From contig CAVSMR010000003.1 in assembly GCA_963729115.1 (NCBI GenBank), positions 1,093,720 to 1,157,719 of the forward strand: DNA of 64,000 nt. Direction: 5' to 3'. This DNA is from an uncultured Actinomycetota bacterium. Lineage in GTDB: Bacteria; Actinomycetota; Actinomycetes; Mycobacteriales; Pseudonocardiaceae. The notes beneath the pieces were generated by a model, which worked only from the letters and a program-made list of their open reading frames with translations, had not been told where the DNA came from and ran no database searches. Positions 45,698 through 56,006 of this stretch are shown here, in pieces; position 1 is the first letter of the stretch; each line of letters begins with the position of its first letter. The translations under genes and the position numbers were made by a program.

Positions 45698-45817
45698 TGC
45701 AGGGTCCAACCTCCTCGGCTCGCCCGCCGTTACTCCGGACGGAGTATTACGACTAAGTAACGTATCACCGTCACCGAATGTGCACACATCGGATCGAGGT
45801 AGCTACCGTCCGTGGGT

Positions 45818-46102
45818 ATGTTAGATGATCAACACGTGCGGGTGACCGCCTGGGTGCACGGCCGTGTGCAGGGCGTCGGCTTCCGCTGGTGGACGCGCGC
45901 CCGCGCGTGTGAGCTCGGCCTGCGTGGCTACGCACGCAACCTCAACGACGGTCGTGTCGAGGTGGTTGCGGAGGGTGCCCGCGCCGACTGCGAGCGGCTG
46001 CTCGACCTGCTGCGCTCCGGGCGAACGCCGGGCTCGGTGGACCTCGTCGTGGACCGTTGGTCAGACCCGAAGGGCAATCTCACGGGGTTCACGGAGCGTT
46101 GA
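45818..46102 (+). CDS. acyP: Acylphosphatase
   Basis: [23 protein letters not shown]. Confidence 0.95.
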   Translation: MLDDQHVRVTAWVHGRVQGVGFRWWTRARACELGLRGYARNLNDGRVEVVAEGARADCERLLDLLRSGRTPGSVDLVVDRWSDPKGNLTGFTER

Positions 46103-46137
46103 TCTTTTCCCAACTTGAGGGAACGAGCGAAGAAGTT

Positions 46138-46163
46138 TGAACCGCAACGAACTCTTCGGCGTA
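46138..46163 (+). promoter_or_regulatory. SigL-type ECF promoter TGAACC-N16-CGT
   Basis: TGAACC 46138-46143, 16 nt, CGTA 46160-46163, immediately before the ECF sigma gene. Confidence 0.65.
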
Positions 46164-46173
46164 TGAAATTAAT

Positions 46174-46692
46174 GTGGGGAACACCCCGGACCAGGAGGAC
46201 GAGCTCCTCCGCGAGCTCTACAGCCGTTACCGACGGCCACTGCTCGGCTACGTGCTCCGAGCGGTCGGCGGCGATCACCAGTACGCCGAGGACATCGTGC
46301 AGGAGACCCTGCTGCGAGCCTGGCGCAACTCCGGCAACCTGACCGCAGACGCCGCGGGCCCGTGGCTGTACACGGTCGCCCACAACCTCGTCGTCTCCGG
46401 ATTTCGCAAGCAGGGCGCCCGTGTCGACGAGGTGCCGATCATGGAACGCGACTGGGCCCGGCAGACCGACGACTTCGACCGGGTCCTGCAGGGCTGGCAG
46501 ATCGCCGAGGCGATGCGCCTGCTGTCGAAGGACCACCGGGCCGTCATCGGCGAGCTGTTCTACCGCCGCCGCACGATCGCCGAGGCCGCCGCCGCGCTGG
46601 GCGTGCCGCCCGGCACGGTCAAGTCCCGCTCGTTCTATGCGCTGCGGGCCCTGCGTGACGCGCTCGAGGAGCGGGGGGTGACCGAGCCATGA
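46174..46692 (+). CDS. ECF sigma factor (SigL-like)
   Basis: AEDIVQETLLRAW, WLYTVAHN, GVPPGTVKSRSFYALRALR. Confidence 0.9.
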   Translation: MGNTPDQEDELLRELYSRYRRPLLGYVLRAVGGDHQYAEDIVQETLLRAWRNSGNLTADAAGPWLYTVAHNLVVSGFRKQGARVDEVPIMERDWARQTDDFDRVLQGWQIAEAMRLLSKDHRAVIGELFYRRRTIAEAAAALGVPPGTVKSRSFYALRALRDALEERGVTEP

Positions 46693-47573
46693 CCTGCGCG
46701 AACACCGTCACGCTCGGCGCGTACCTGCTCGGCGCGCTCGACCCGCGGGAACGCTTCGACTTCGAGGCCCACCTCGGCAGCTGCGACACCTGCCGCGCCG
46801 AGCTGGTCCGGCTCGCCCCGCTGCCGGGCATGCTCAACCAGATCTCGCTGGACGACTTCTCCGACGGCCTGCCCCCGACCACGCTCGAGGACACCCACCC
46901 GACCGCGCCCGTCCCCGGCCTGCCGCTGTCCACGCAGCTGCGCCGACCGGAGGTCGCGAGCCTGCCCGAGCTGGCCCACCCGGAGCTCTTCCGCGCCGAG
47001 GCCGGCTTCCCGGACGAGCCGATCCCGCCCGAGTTCGGCGGCCCCGTGCCCAGCCCGCGCGGCCCGGTGCCCGCGCGCGAGGTGCCGCCCCCGCCCGTCG
47101 GCCGGATCAGGCCCGACACGCCCGCCACGTCCGACACGCCGGCGCGCACGGCCCGCCGCAGGCGCTACTGGCGCGTGGCGGCCGCGGCTGCGGTCGTGCT
47201 GGTCTTCGTCATCGGCGGGGTGCTCGGCTGGCGCGCGACGCAGCCTGAGCCGGTCCAGCGCGAGGCGGCCGGCATCACCTGGACGGCGAGCACGCCGGAC
47301 GGCTCCGCGACGGCCGACGCGCGGCTGATCGACCACGAGTGGGGCACCGAGATCCAGATGCGGATCCACGGCCTGCCCCCTGGCCGGCAGTGCTACGTGA
47401 TCGTCTACGACGGGAACGGGTACCACGAGATCGCGGGCTGGTGGGGGACCGACCACGACAGCGCCGAGGAGATCCCGGCGAGCACCTCGATCCAGCGCAG
47501 CAAGATCGCAAAACTGGAGCTCCTGCTCGATGACCGGAAGGTCGCGTTGACCATCCCGGCACAGCACCGCTAG
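46689..47573 (+). CDS. ZAS anti-sigma factor (RslA-like) with Pro-rich linker
   Basis: LGAYLLGALD..HLGSCDTC, TM helix, extracellular WGTEI domain; ATGA overlap. Confidence 0.85.
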   Translation: MTCANTVTLGAYLLGALDPRERFDFEAHLGSCDTCRAELVRLAPLPGMLNQISLDDFSDGLPPTTLEDTHPTAPVPGLPLSTQLRRPEVASLPELAHPELFRAEAGFPDEPIPPEFGGPVPSPRGPVPAREVPPPPVGRIRPDTPATSDTPARTARRRRYWRVAAAAAVVLVFVIGGVLGWRATQPEPVQREAAGITWTASTPDGSATADARLIDHEWGTEIQMRIHGLPPGRQCYVIVYDGNGYHEIAGWWGTDHDSAEEIPASTSIQRSKIAKLELLLDDRKVALTIPAQHR

Positions 47574-47682
47574 CACGCGTCCACCGCCCCGCCGCACGCC
47601 CGCCTCCCACGGATCCCCGGGGCGCCCAGGTACCCTCGATGAACAGACCGCGCTTCACGGTTGTCTGAGAGGTACGCGTCTC

Positions 47683-50600
47683 GTGCATTTGAAGAGCCTG
47701 ACGCTCAAGGGGTTCAAGTCCTTCGCGTCGGCCACCACGTTGCGCTTCGAACCGGGGATCACCTGCGTCGTCGGCCCCAACGGGTCGGGCAAGTCCAACG
47801 TGCTGGACGCGCTGCGCTGGGTCATGGGCACCCAGGGCGCGAAGGACCTGCGCGGCGGCAAGATGGAGGACGTCATCTTCGCCGGCACCGCCGGCCGCGC
47901 CCCGCTCGGCCGTGCCGAGGTCAGCCTCACGATCGACAACTCCGACGGCGCCCTGCCGATCGACTACACCGAGGTGTCGATCACCCGCCGGATGTTCCGC
48001 GACGGGGCCAGCGAGTACGAGATCAACGGCAACACGTGCCGGCTGATGGACGTCCAGGAGCTGCTCTCGGACTCCGGCATCGGCCGCGAGATGCACGTGA
48101 TCGTCGGGCAGGGCCAGCTCGCGCAGATCCTCGAGTCCAAGCCCGAGGAGCGCCGCGCGTTCATCGAGGAGGCGGCCGGCGTCCTCAAGCACCGCAAGCG
48201 CAAGGAGAAGGCGCTGCGGAAGCTGGACGCGATGCAGGCCAACCTCACCCGGCTCACCGACCTGACCAGCGAGCTGCGCCGCCAGCTCAAGCCGCTGGGC
48301 AAGCAGGCCGAGATCGCCCGCAAGGCGCAGGCCGTGCAGGCCGAGCTGCGCGACTCCCGGCTGCGGCTGCACGCCGAGGACCTGGTCACCCAGCGCGCGG
48401 ACCTCGCCAAGGACGCCGCCGACGAGGCCGCCGCCCGCGCCCGCCGCCACGAGGTCGAGCAGGCCCTGGAGGTCGCGGACGCGAAGCAGACCGCGGTGGA
48501 GGACCAGCTCGCGGTCGACGCGCCGCGCCTGCAGTCCGCGCAGGAGACCTGGTACAAGCTCTCCGCGCTGGAGGAGCGGCTGCGCGGCACCGTGCGGCTG
48601 GCCGTCGAGCGCGAGCGGCACCTGTCCGCCGAGGTGGAGGCACCTCGTGGCGGCCGGGACCCCGAGGAGCTCGAGGCGGAGGCCGAGGAGATCGCGATCC
48701 GCGAGGCGGAGCTGGCCGAGCACGTGGAGGTCGCCCGGCACGCGCTGGGCGAGACCGCCGAGCGGCGCGCCGAGCTGGAGCAGGTCGTGCAGGCCGCCGA
48801 GCAGGCCCACCTGGCCGCCGTGCGCGCCGTGGCCGACCGGCGCGAGGGCCTCGCCCGGCTCGCCGGGCAGGTCGACGCGCTGCGCAGCAAGACGGGCGCG
48901 ACCGCCGAGGAGATCGAGCGGCTGTCCACCACGCTCGCCGAGGCCACCGAGCGGGCCGAGGCGGCCGCCGTCGAGCTGGCCGAGGCGCAGGCCGTGACCG
49001 GCGTCGAGGACGCCGACGACGCCGGGCTCGCCGACCGGTTCGAGCAGGCCACGGCGGCGCAGCGGGCCGCCCAGGCGCGCGTGGACGAGCTGGTCGCCGT
49101 CGAGCGCACGGCGGAGAAGGACATCGCGTCGTGGCAGGCGCGGGTCGACGCGCTGGCGATGGGTCTGTCGCGCAAGGACGGCGCGGGCGCGCTGCTCGCC
49201 GCGGGCGACCGGATGCCGGGCCTGCTCGGCTCGGTGGCCGCGCTGCTGACCGTCGAGCCCGGCGCGGAGGCGGCCCTCGCCGCGGCGCTGGGCCCGGTCG
49301 CGGACGCGGTCGCGGTGGCCTCCGGGGACGACGCGGTCACCGCGCTGGAGCTGCTGCGCACCGGCGACTCGGGCCGGGCCGGGGTGCTCGTGGCCGGCTG
49401 GTCCACAGTGGATCGATCGGGCTGGCCGCAGCTGCCGCCGGGGGCGCGCTGGGCGGCCGACCTGGTGCGCTCGCCGGAGTCCCTGCGGCACGCGGTGCTC
49501 TCCGCGCTGGAGCAGGTGGCGGTCGTGGACTCGCTGCGCGCCGCCCGCGACCTCGTGGCCCGCCATCCCCAGGTCCGCGCGGTCACCGCCGAGGGCGACG
49601 TGTTCGGCGCGCACTGGGTGGCCGGTGGCTCCGAGCGCGGGCGGAGCGTGATCGAGGTACAGGCCGCGGTCGACGAGGCCAACGAGAAGCTCGCCGCGGC
49701 CGAGGTCGCCGCGGAGCGGGCGGCCGCCGCGCTCGAGGGTGCGCGGGCCGAGCAGCAGGCGCGGGCCGCGGACGCGCACGCCGCCGGGGAGGCACGCAAC
49801 GACGCCAAGGTGCGGGCCGCCCGTTCGGCCGAGCGGCTGAGCCGGCTGCACAAGGCCGTGCGCGCGGCACAGGCCGAGGCCGAGCGGGTGCAGTCCCAGC
49901 GGGCCAACGTCGAGCACGCCCGCGAGGAGGCGCTGACCAAGCTCGCGGAGCTGGAGGAGCGGCTGGTCGTCGCCGAGGAGGCGCCGCTGGAGGACGAGCC
50001 GGACACCGCGCTGCGCGACGAGGCGGCCGCCTCGCTGACCGCGTCCCGGCAGCAGGAGATGGACGCGCGGCTGACGCTGCGCACCGCCGAGGAGCGCCAC
50101 CGCGCGCTGTACGGCAAGGCGGAGGAGCTGCGCCGTGCGGCGCGGGCCGAGCGCGAGGCGCGCGAGCGGGCGGCGCGGGCGCTGGCCGCACGCGCACGCG
50201 GCGCGGAGGTGGCCCGGGCGGTCGTGCGGGGCGGTGAGCTCGCGCTCGAGCGGATCGCCGGGTCGCTGCGGGCCGCCGCGGACGAGCGGGACACCGTGCA
50301 GGCGCAGCGCCACGACCGGGAGCAGGCGCTGCAGCAGGTCCGCAACCGGGTGCGCGAGCTGTCCAACGAGCTGGAGAAGCTGACCGACGCCGTGCACCGC
50401 GACGAGGTGCTGCGGGCCGAGCAGCGGCTGCGCCTGGAGCAGCTCGAGGTCAAGATCGCGGAGAGCTTCGGCATCGGGCTCGAGGACCTGGTGGCCGAGT
50501 ACGGCCCGGCCGTGCCGGTGCCGCCGAGCCCGGTCGAGATGGCCGAGTACGAGGCGGCCAAGGAGCGTGGCGAGACGGTCGTCGCGCCGCAGCCGAGCCC

Positions 50601-51279
50601 GTACGACCGGGGCACGCAGGAGCGGCGGGCGAAGCGAGCCGAGCGGGACCTGACGTTGCTGGGCAAGGTGAACCCCCTGGCGCTGGAGGAGTTCGCGGCG
50701 CTGGAGGAGCGGTACAAGTTCCTGTCCACGCAGCTGGAGGACCTCAAGGCGACCCGGCGCGACCTGCTGACCGTGGTCAAGGAGGTCGACGACAAGATCC
50801 TCGAGGTGTTCACGTCGGCCTACGAGGACGTGGCCCGCGAGTTCGAGATCGTGTTCTCGACGCTGTTCCCGGGTGGCGAGGGCCGGCTGATCCTCACCGA
50901 GCCCGAGGACGTGCTGACCACCGGCGTGGACGTCGAGGCCCGGCCGCCGGGCAAGAAGATCAAGCGGCTGTCGCTGCTGTCCGGCGGCGAGAAGTCGCTC
51001 GTGGCGGTCGCCATGCTGGTGGCGATCTTCCGGGCGCGACCCTCGCCGTTCTACGTGCTGGACGAGGTGGAGGCGGCGCTGGACGACGTCAACATGCGCC
51101 GGCTCATCGGCCTGCTGGAGGAGCTGCGCGCGACCTCCCAGCTGCTGATCATCACCCACCAGAAGCCGACCATGGACATCGCCGACGCCCTCTACGGCGT
51201 CAGCATGCGCGGCGACGGGATCACGCAGGTGATCTCCCAGCGGCTGCACGGCCGCGAGGAGAAGCCGGCGCCCGCCTAG
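47683..51279 (+). CDS. smc: Chromosome segregation protein SMC
   Basis: LKGFKSF, GPNGSGKSN, long coiled coils, LSGGEKS, LDEVEAALD. Confidence 0.97.
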   Translation: MHLKSLTLKGFKSFASATTLRFEPGITCVVGPNGSGKSNVLDALRWVMGTQGAKDLRGGKMEDVIFAGTAGRAPLGRAEVSLTIDNSDGALPIDYTEVSITRRMFRDGASEYEINGNTCRLMDVQELLSDSGIGREMHVIVGQGQLAQILESKPEERRAFIEEAAGVLKHRKRKEKALRKLDAMQANLTRLTDLTSELRRQLKPLGKQAEIARKAQAVQAELRDSRLRLHAEDLVTQRADLAKDAADEAAARARRHEVEQALEVADAKQTAVEDQLAVDAPRLQSAQETWYKLSALEERLRGTVRLAVERERHLSAEVEAPRGGRDPEELEAEAEEIAIREAELAEHVEVARHALGETAERRAELEQVVQAAEQAHLAAVRAVADRREGLARLAGQVDALRSKTGATAEEIERLSTTLAEATERAEAAAVELAEAQAVTGVEDADDAGLADRFEQATAAQRAAQARVDELVAVERTAEKDIASWQARVDALAMGLSRKDGAGALLAAGDRMPGLLGSVAALLTVEPGAEAALAAALGPVADAVAVASGDDAVTALELLRTGDSGRAGVLVAGWSTVDRSGWPQLPPGARWAADLVRSPESLRHAVLSALEQVAVVDSLRAARDLVARHPQVRAVTAEGDVFGAHWVAGGSERGRSVIEVQAAVDEANEKLAAAEVAAERAAAALEGARAEQQARAADAHAAGEARNDAKVRAARSAERLSRLHKAVRAAQAEAERVQSQRANVEHAREEALTKLAELEERLVVAEEAPLEDEPDTALRDEAAASLTASRQQEMDARLTLRTAEERHRALYGKAEELRRAARAEREARERAARALAARARGAEVARAVVRGGELALERIAGSLRAAADERDTVQAQRHDREQALQQVRNRVRELSNELEKLTDAVHRDEVLRAEQRLRLEQLEVKIAESFGIGLEDLVAEYGPAVPVPPSPVEMAEYEAAKERGETVVAPQPSPYDRGTQERRAKRAERDLTLLGKVNPLALEEFAALEERYKFLSTQLEDLKATRRDLLTVVKEVDDKILEVFTSAYEDVAREFEIVFSTLFPGGEGRLILTEPEDVLTTGVDVEARPPGKKIKRLSLLSGGEKSLVAVAMLVAIFRARPSPFYVLDEVEAALDDVNMRRLIGLLEELRATSQLLIITHQKPTMDIADALYGVSMRGDGITQVISQRLHGREEKPAPA

Positions 51280-51300
51280 GTTCCTGTGTTGACCACACAG

Positions 51301-51339
51301 CGAGAGGCCCCCTTCGCCGCCGGCGAAGGGGGCCTCTCG
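51301..51339. terminator. Bidirectional intrinsic terminator
   Basis: CGAGAGGCCCCCTTCGCCG / CGGCGAAGGGGGCCTCTCG perfect inverted repeat between convergent genes. Confidence 0.88.
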
Positions 51340-51350
51340 GTTGTCGCTAG

Positions 51351-51833
51351 TCAGGCGCCGTAAGCGGGGCCAGCTTGCGGGGTGGTGTCCGCGTTCGGGG
51401 CGGCGCGGAAGGCCAGGAACGCGGCGACGCCGGAGGCGATCGCCACGACCAGGCCGACGAAGAGGCCGAAGCCCGCGCCGGCCTCGAGGCCGCTGTCGGT
51501 GAGCAGGCCGGTACCGAGCCCGCCGTCGTCGGGCAGGGTCACCCAGCGCAGGACGATGATCACCACGGCAGCCGCGGCGAGCGAGAGCCAGATCAACGGG
51601 ACCCGCGCGACCTGGACGCCGAAGTGCGGAAGCGCGATCAGCACCGCGGCGGCCATCAGCATCAGGATGGGCAGCCAAGCGCCGATGCCCGTGTTCCACG
51701 CACTGATCGACTCACCGAAGCCGGCGTAGGAGACGGAGTACCACGGAAAGAAACTAACAATGAATGCGAGTAGACCGGCACCGATGCCCGCCCATTCCAG
51801 CGTAGTAACGCGCTTGACATCGAATTCCGCCAT
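51351..51833 (-). CDS. Four-TM membrane protein of unknown function
   Basis: 160 aa, four hydrophobic segments, SFFPWY motif, AAAGG SD. Confidence 0.75.
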   Translation of the reverse strand: MAEFDVKRVTTLEWAGIGAGLLAFIVSFFPWYSVSYAGFGESISAWNTGIGAWLPILMLMAAAVLIALPHFGVQVARVPLIWLSLAAAAVVIIVLRWVTLPDDGGLGTGLLTDSGLEAGAGFGLFVGLVVAIASGVAAFLAFRAAPNADTTPQAGPAYGA

Positions 51834-52030
51834 GCGAGTGGCCTTTCCGCTCTTGCTTTGGTCTGGTCAGGATAGGAGGCACGTACCCCCCAGGAGCAGG
51901 AGAATTATGGAGCACAAGACGATCGAGTAAGTCACGGAAATGCATCGAACTGCCCTCTTGATCGACCGACTCCGCCCCTACGGGCACAAATCGTTCGCGC
52001 CGATCACCCTCGGCAGTATTAGCTTTCGCC

Positions 52031-52993
52031 ATGTACGACGTTCGACCAGCGACGCCGGGCGACCTGACGGACGTGATCGCCTTGATCACGCGGCTGCAGG
52101 CCGACCCGGCACACCTCATCGCCTTCCACGGCGACTCCGCCGACGAGGTTGCCGAGGAGCTCGCCGGCCTGCGGCCCGACTGGGTCTCCGGCGCCGCGGT
52201 GGCCATCGACCGCAACGAGCGGATACGCGGCGTGCTCAGCGTGGAGGCCGACGACGACCAGCACCGCGCGTACCTGTACGGGCCGTTCGTCGACGTGCCC
52301 GCGAACCACCCCGCCGCCGGCCAGCTCTGGCAGGCCACCGCGGATGCCCTGCTCGACCTCGCCGCCCGGCTGCCCCGGATGGCCGGCGTGACCCGGCTCG
52401 AGCTGTTCGGCCACCGGCAGAACCGGCTGCTCGCCGACTTCGCCGCCCGCCACGACGTGGCTGCCCGCACCACGACCCGCCTGTTCACCCTCGCCGGCGC
52501 GGACCTGCGCTCGCTGCTCGTCCGGGCCGCCGACGCCGCGCCGCCCGCCGAGGACCGCATCTGCCCCCTGCCCGCCGACCCGGCGATCCGCGACGCGGTC
52601 GCCCGGCTGCACGACCGCTGCTTCCCGCACGCCCCGACCCCGGGCCAGCGGCTCGTCGCCGACGACGCCGAGCACACGGTCGTCGTGCTGCTCGGCAACG
52701 CCGGCGTGCTCGGCTATGCCGGCGGCTACCCGCAGGCCGAGGAGTACTACGTGGACGTCGTCGGCGTCGACCCCGCGTGCCGGTCGCTCGGCGCCGGCCG
52801 GCTGCTCGTGCGCCGCCTGCTGGCCGAGCTCGCGCGGCGGGCGGGCGCCCGTCACCAGGCGGCCGCCCTGATCCGGCTCGGCAACGACGCCTCCGAGCGG
52901 ATGTTCACCGCGCTCGGCTTCGCGCTCACCCTCGAGCTGGTGAGCTACTCGAAGACCGACTACGTCCCGGCGGTCACGCAGCCTTCGCCGTGA
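52031..52993 (+). CDS. Double-domain GNAT-family acetyltransferase
   Basis: YVDVVGVDPACRSLGAGRLL, NDASERMFTALGF; 320 aa. Confidence 0.75.
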   Translation: MYDVRPATPGDLTDVIALITRLQADPAHLIAFHGDSADEVAEELAGLRPDWVSGAAVAIDRNERIRGVLSVEADDDQHRAYLYGPFVDVPANHPAAGQLWQATADALLDLAARLPRMAGVTRLELFGHRQNRLLADFAARHDVAARTTTRLFTLAGADLRSLLVRAADAAPPAEDRICPLPADPAIRDAVARLHDRCFPHAPTPGQRLVADDAEHTVVVLLGNAGVLGYAGGYPQAEEYYVDVVGVDPACRSLGAGRLLVRRLLAELARRAGARHQAAALIRLGNDASERMFTALGFALTLELVSYSKTDYVPAVTQPSP

Positions 52994-54599
52994 CCTCCTC
53001 CTGCGCCTCGGGCTCGGGGGTGCGGTGGCGCAGCGCCAGCAGGCCGCCGACGATCAGCGTCACCGCCACCCCGAGCGGGGTGTACCACCAGCTCACCAGG
53101 CTCCGCACGCCCTCGGCCGGCACGGCGGCCGAGAAGTCGATCGTGATCGAGTCCCACTCGCCGTGGCCGTTCGCCACCGGGTCCGCCGCCGCCGACGGGC
53201 CGACGAACTTGACGCCCAGGATCACGAACGTCATCACCGCGACGGTCACGACGAACGCGACGATCCCGTCGGTCTGGGTGGCCTTCTTCACCATCAGGCC
53301 GAGCAGGAACGCGCCGAGCAGCGCGCCGTAGGTGTACCCGGTGATGCCGAGCGCCTGCACGACGATCGGGTCCGCGGCGGTCTTGTTGGCGGTGGCGAAC
53401 AGGCCGGCGCACACGATCAGCAGGCCCGCCCACACGATCGTCCACACCCGACCGAGCCGCAGCCGGTCCGCGTCGGACAGCGTGCGCCGGGAGACCCGCT
53501 CGTACACGTCGGTCACCGTCGCCGACGCCAGCGCGCCCAGCGAGGACGACAGCGCGGCGGCCAGGATGCCCGCGATCACGAAGCCGGACAGGCCCGACGG
53601 CAGCTCGGTGACGATGTAGTTCGCGAACAGCTCGTCCTTGTTGCCCAGCCCGAGCCCGCCCGCCGACACGGGATCGGTCGGCACGGCCGCCTGGTAGAAG
53701 GCCCACATCATCACGCCGATGAACAGGAAGAACGCGAACTGCAGGAACACCACGAAGCCGCTCGCGATCAGCGCCTTCTGGGCCGCCCGCACCTCCCGGG
53801 TCGCCATCAGCCGCTGCACGATCAGCTGGTCCACGCCGTGCGAGGCCATGGCCAGCATCGTGCCGCCGAAGAACGCCGCCACGAACGGGAAGCCGCCGGT
53901 CAGCGCGTTTGACGAGAAGTCGAACAGCTGGAACTTCGAGGCGTCCATCGCGTCGCCGAACCAGCCGTCGGGCAGCGCGCCGGCGAGCGCGATCATCACG
54001 ATGACGCCGCCCAGGACGTACCAGACCATCTGGATCGCGTCGACCCACACGACCGCTCGCACGCCGCCGACGAACGTGTAGAACACCATCGCGACGCCGA
54101 GCACGGCCACGATCGCCCAGTAGGACGCGTCGACGCCGTAGGACGCGAGCACCACCTTGATCGGGATCGCCGTCGCGAACAGCCGGATGCCGTCGGCCAG
54201 CAGGCGGGTGAACTGGAAGGTCACCGACGCGGTCGCCCGCATGCCGTCGCCGTACCGCTGGCCCAGGAACGCGTACGCGGTCACCAGGTCGCCGCCGATG
54301 TAGCGGGGCAGCAGGACGAACGCCACGATGATCCGCCCGACGATGTAGCCGAGCGCGAGCGTCAGGTACGTCATGCCGCCCGCCTGCGGTGGCGCGAGGT
54401 AGGCCACCACCGGCACGGACAGCACGGTGAGCGTCGAGGTCTCCGCGGACACCACGGACACGCACACCACCCACCAGGAGATCTTCCGCTCGCTGATGAA
54501 GTAGTCGGTGGCCGACTTCTGCCTGCCGCCGATGAGGACGCCGAGCAGGGGCATCCCCACCAGGAAGATCAGGATGATCGCGACGTCGAGCGCGCGCAC
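52974..54599 (-). CDS. Sodium:solute symporter (SSS) family transporter
   Basis: SATDYF, SAETSTLT, GGVRAVVWVDAIQ, DQLIVQRL; directly downstream of anmK. Confidence 0.9.
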   Translation of the reverse strand: MRALDVAIILIFLVGMPLLGVLIGGRQKSATDYFISERKISWWVVCVSVVSAETSTLTVLSVPVVAYLAPPQAGGMTYLTLALGYIVGRIIVAFVLLPRYIGGDLVTAYAFLGQRYGDGMRATASVTFQFTRLLADGIRLFATAIPIKVVLASYGVDASYWAIVAVLGVAMVFYTFVGGVRAVVWVDAIQMVWYVLGGVIVMIALAGALPDGWFGDAMDASKFQLFDFSSNALTGGFPFVAAFFGGTMLAMASHGVDQLIVQRLMATREVRAAQKALIASGFVVFLQFAFFLFIGVMMWAFYQAAVPTDPVSAGGLGLGNKDELFANYIVTELPSGLSGFVIAGILAAALSSSLGALASATVTDVYERVSRRTLSDADRLRLGRVWTIVWAGLLIVCAGLFATANKTAADPIVVQALGITGYTYGALLGAFLLGLMVKKATQTDGIVAFVVTVAVMTFVILGVKFVGPSAAADPVANGHGEWDSITIDFSAAVPAEGVRSLVSWWYTPLGVAVTLIVGGLLALRHRTPEPEAQEEVTAKAA

Positions 54600-54602
54600 G
54601 GT

Positions 54603-55811
54603 TTACCTCCCGCTGATCGCCGGACTGGCCACCCGCAGCCGGGTGACGGTGGTCGTGGTGGGTTCGGGCAGCCGCAGGGCGCCGCTGCCGGGCGTGATGC
54701 TGCCGAGCAGGCGCGGCCCGCGGGCTCCGGTCGCGCTCGGCACGTTCGCCGGGATGCCGGTCCAGGTCAGGAAGCCGAGCAACGCCGTCAGGTACGCCTC
54801 CTTCGCGTCCCCGGGCAGGCCCAGCTCGTCGCTGACGACGAGCTCGGCCGGGTCGAGGAGGCGGCGGAGCGCGACCATGAGCGTCGGGTTGCGCACGCCG
54901 CCGCCGGAGGCGACGACCTTCGTGACGCCGTGCGCGCGGCACGCCTCGGCGACCGTGGTCGCGGTCAGCTCGACCAGCGTGGCGAGCAGGTCCGGGCCGC
55001 TGACCCGCGGCACCTTGTCCAGCGCCTCGCGCAGGTACTCGGTGTGGAAGCGCTCCTTGCCGGTCGACTTCGGCGGCCCGGCCGCGTAGAACGGGTCCGC
55101 GAGCAGGAGCTTGAGCAGGTCCTCGCGGCAGCTTCCCTGCGCGGCGAGGTCGCCGTCGACGTCCTGCTGCCAGGCGCCGTTGGAGATCATCCGCGAGGCC
55201 GCGTCGAGCAGCGCGTTGCCCGGGCCGGTGTCGTAGGCGAGCGCGGGGGAGTCGGCGGTGACCACGGTGATGTTGGCGATCCCGCCGATGTTGAGCCCGG
55301 CGACCGTCCCGTCGCCGGCGAGCTCGCGCAGCCACAGCCGGTCGAGCACGCTCGCGAGGGGTGCGCCGTGCCCGCCGGCGGCCACGTCGCGGGCGCGCAG
55401 GCCGGCGACCACGGGCAGCCCGGTGGCCTCCGCGAGCCACGCCGGTTCGCCGATCTGCAGCGTGCCCCGCACGTGTCCGTCCGCGTCGTCCACCCAGTGG
55501 AACAGGGTCTGGCCGAGCGAGGCGACCAGGTCGGCCTCGCCGCCGGCGAGGTCGGCGAGCGCCCCGGCCGCGGCGCCGGCGAACGCCTGGCCGACCTCGG
55601 TGTCGAGCCGGCACAGCTCGCCGGCGGTGCAGTTCTGCGGCGGCAGGGCCGCCAGCAGGGAGTTGCGGAGGGCGGCGGGATAGGGCATCTCGGCGTGCCC
55701 GCGCGGGGCGAGCTCGATGGTCCCGCCGGACACGGTCAGCTCGGCCACCGCCACGTCGATGCCGTCCATGGACGTTCCGGACAGCAACCCGATCACCCGG
55801 CACGAAGTCAC
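54603..55811 (-). CDS. anmK: Anhydro-N-acetylmuramic acid kinase
   Basis: IGLLSGTSMDGID, GQT, DVAAGGHGAPL, NIGGIANIT, DTGPGN, STGKERF, KEA. Confidence 0.93.
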   Translation of the reverse strand: MTSCRVIGLLSGTSMDGIDVAVAELTVSGGTIELAPRGHAEMPYPAALRNSLLAALPPQNCTAGELCRLDTEVGQAFAGAAAGALADLAGGEADLVASLGQTLFHWVDDADGHVRGTLQIGEPAWLAEATGLPVVAGLRARDVAAGGHGAPLASVLDRLWLRELAGDGTVAGLNIGGIANITVVTADSPALAYDTGPGNALLDAASRMISNGAWQQDVDGDLAAQGSCREDLLKLLLADPFYAAGPPKSTGKERFHTEYLREALDKVPRVSGPDLLATLVELTATTVAEACRAHGVTKVVASGGGVRNPTLMVALRRLLDPAELVVSDELGLPGDAKEAYLTALLGFLTWTGIPANVPSATGARGPRLLGSITPGSGALRLPEPTTTTVTRLRVASPAISGR

Positions 55812-55905
55812 AGGATCTGGACTATCCAGTCGGGACGGTGCCGCGCAAGATGGTGCGTTACTTCTTGACCAAATCGATGTCGTTTGCTGTTGAGTATTCC
55901 CGGCA

Positions 55906-55921
55906 GGAGGTATAGACCAGC
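55906..55921. promoter_or_regulatory. DasR-responsive-element-like site GGAGGTATAGACCAGC
   Basis: 12 of 16 matches to A(G/C)TGGTCTAGACCA(G/C)T; in the anmK/ngcE divergent gap. Confidence 0.55.
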
Positions 55922-56006
55922 AAGATACTGTGTCAGCCTGCGCCGGGGAGCGGGGTCGGCCCGCCCGTTCGATGCAACTGGAAACGCGAGGACACGAGGA
56001 GCGAGC

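Noticed and set aside
45747-45760. TTAC-GACTAA-GTAA upstream of the PKD gene as a BldD box
   Set aside because: Half-site spacing is 6 nt rather than the required 5.
21789-51699. Very long opposite-strand or alternate-frame ORFs (e.g. 21789..25274, 27026..30628, 47275..51699, 47964..50813, 16320..18068)
   Set aside because: Each shadows a well-supported gene (pyc, mnxG-like, smc, coiled-coil gene). They are Arg/Ala/Gly/Pro-rich, have no motifs, and are expected from stop-codon scarcity at this GC content.
51898-51930. 7-codon ORF MEHKTIE with an AGGAG upstream
   Set aside because: SD spacing is only 4 nt, and the ATTATG is better explained as a CATAAT -10 element for the minus-strand membrane protein gene.
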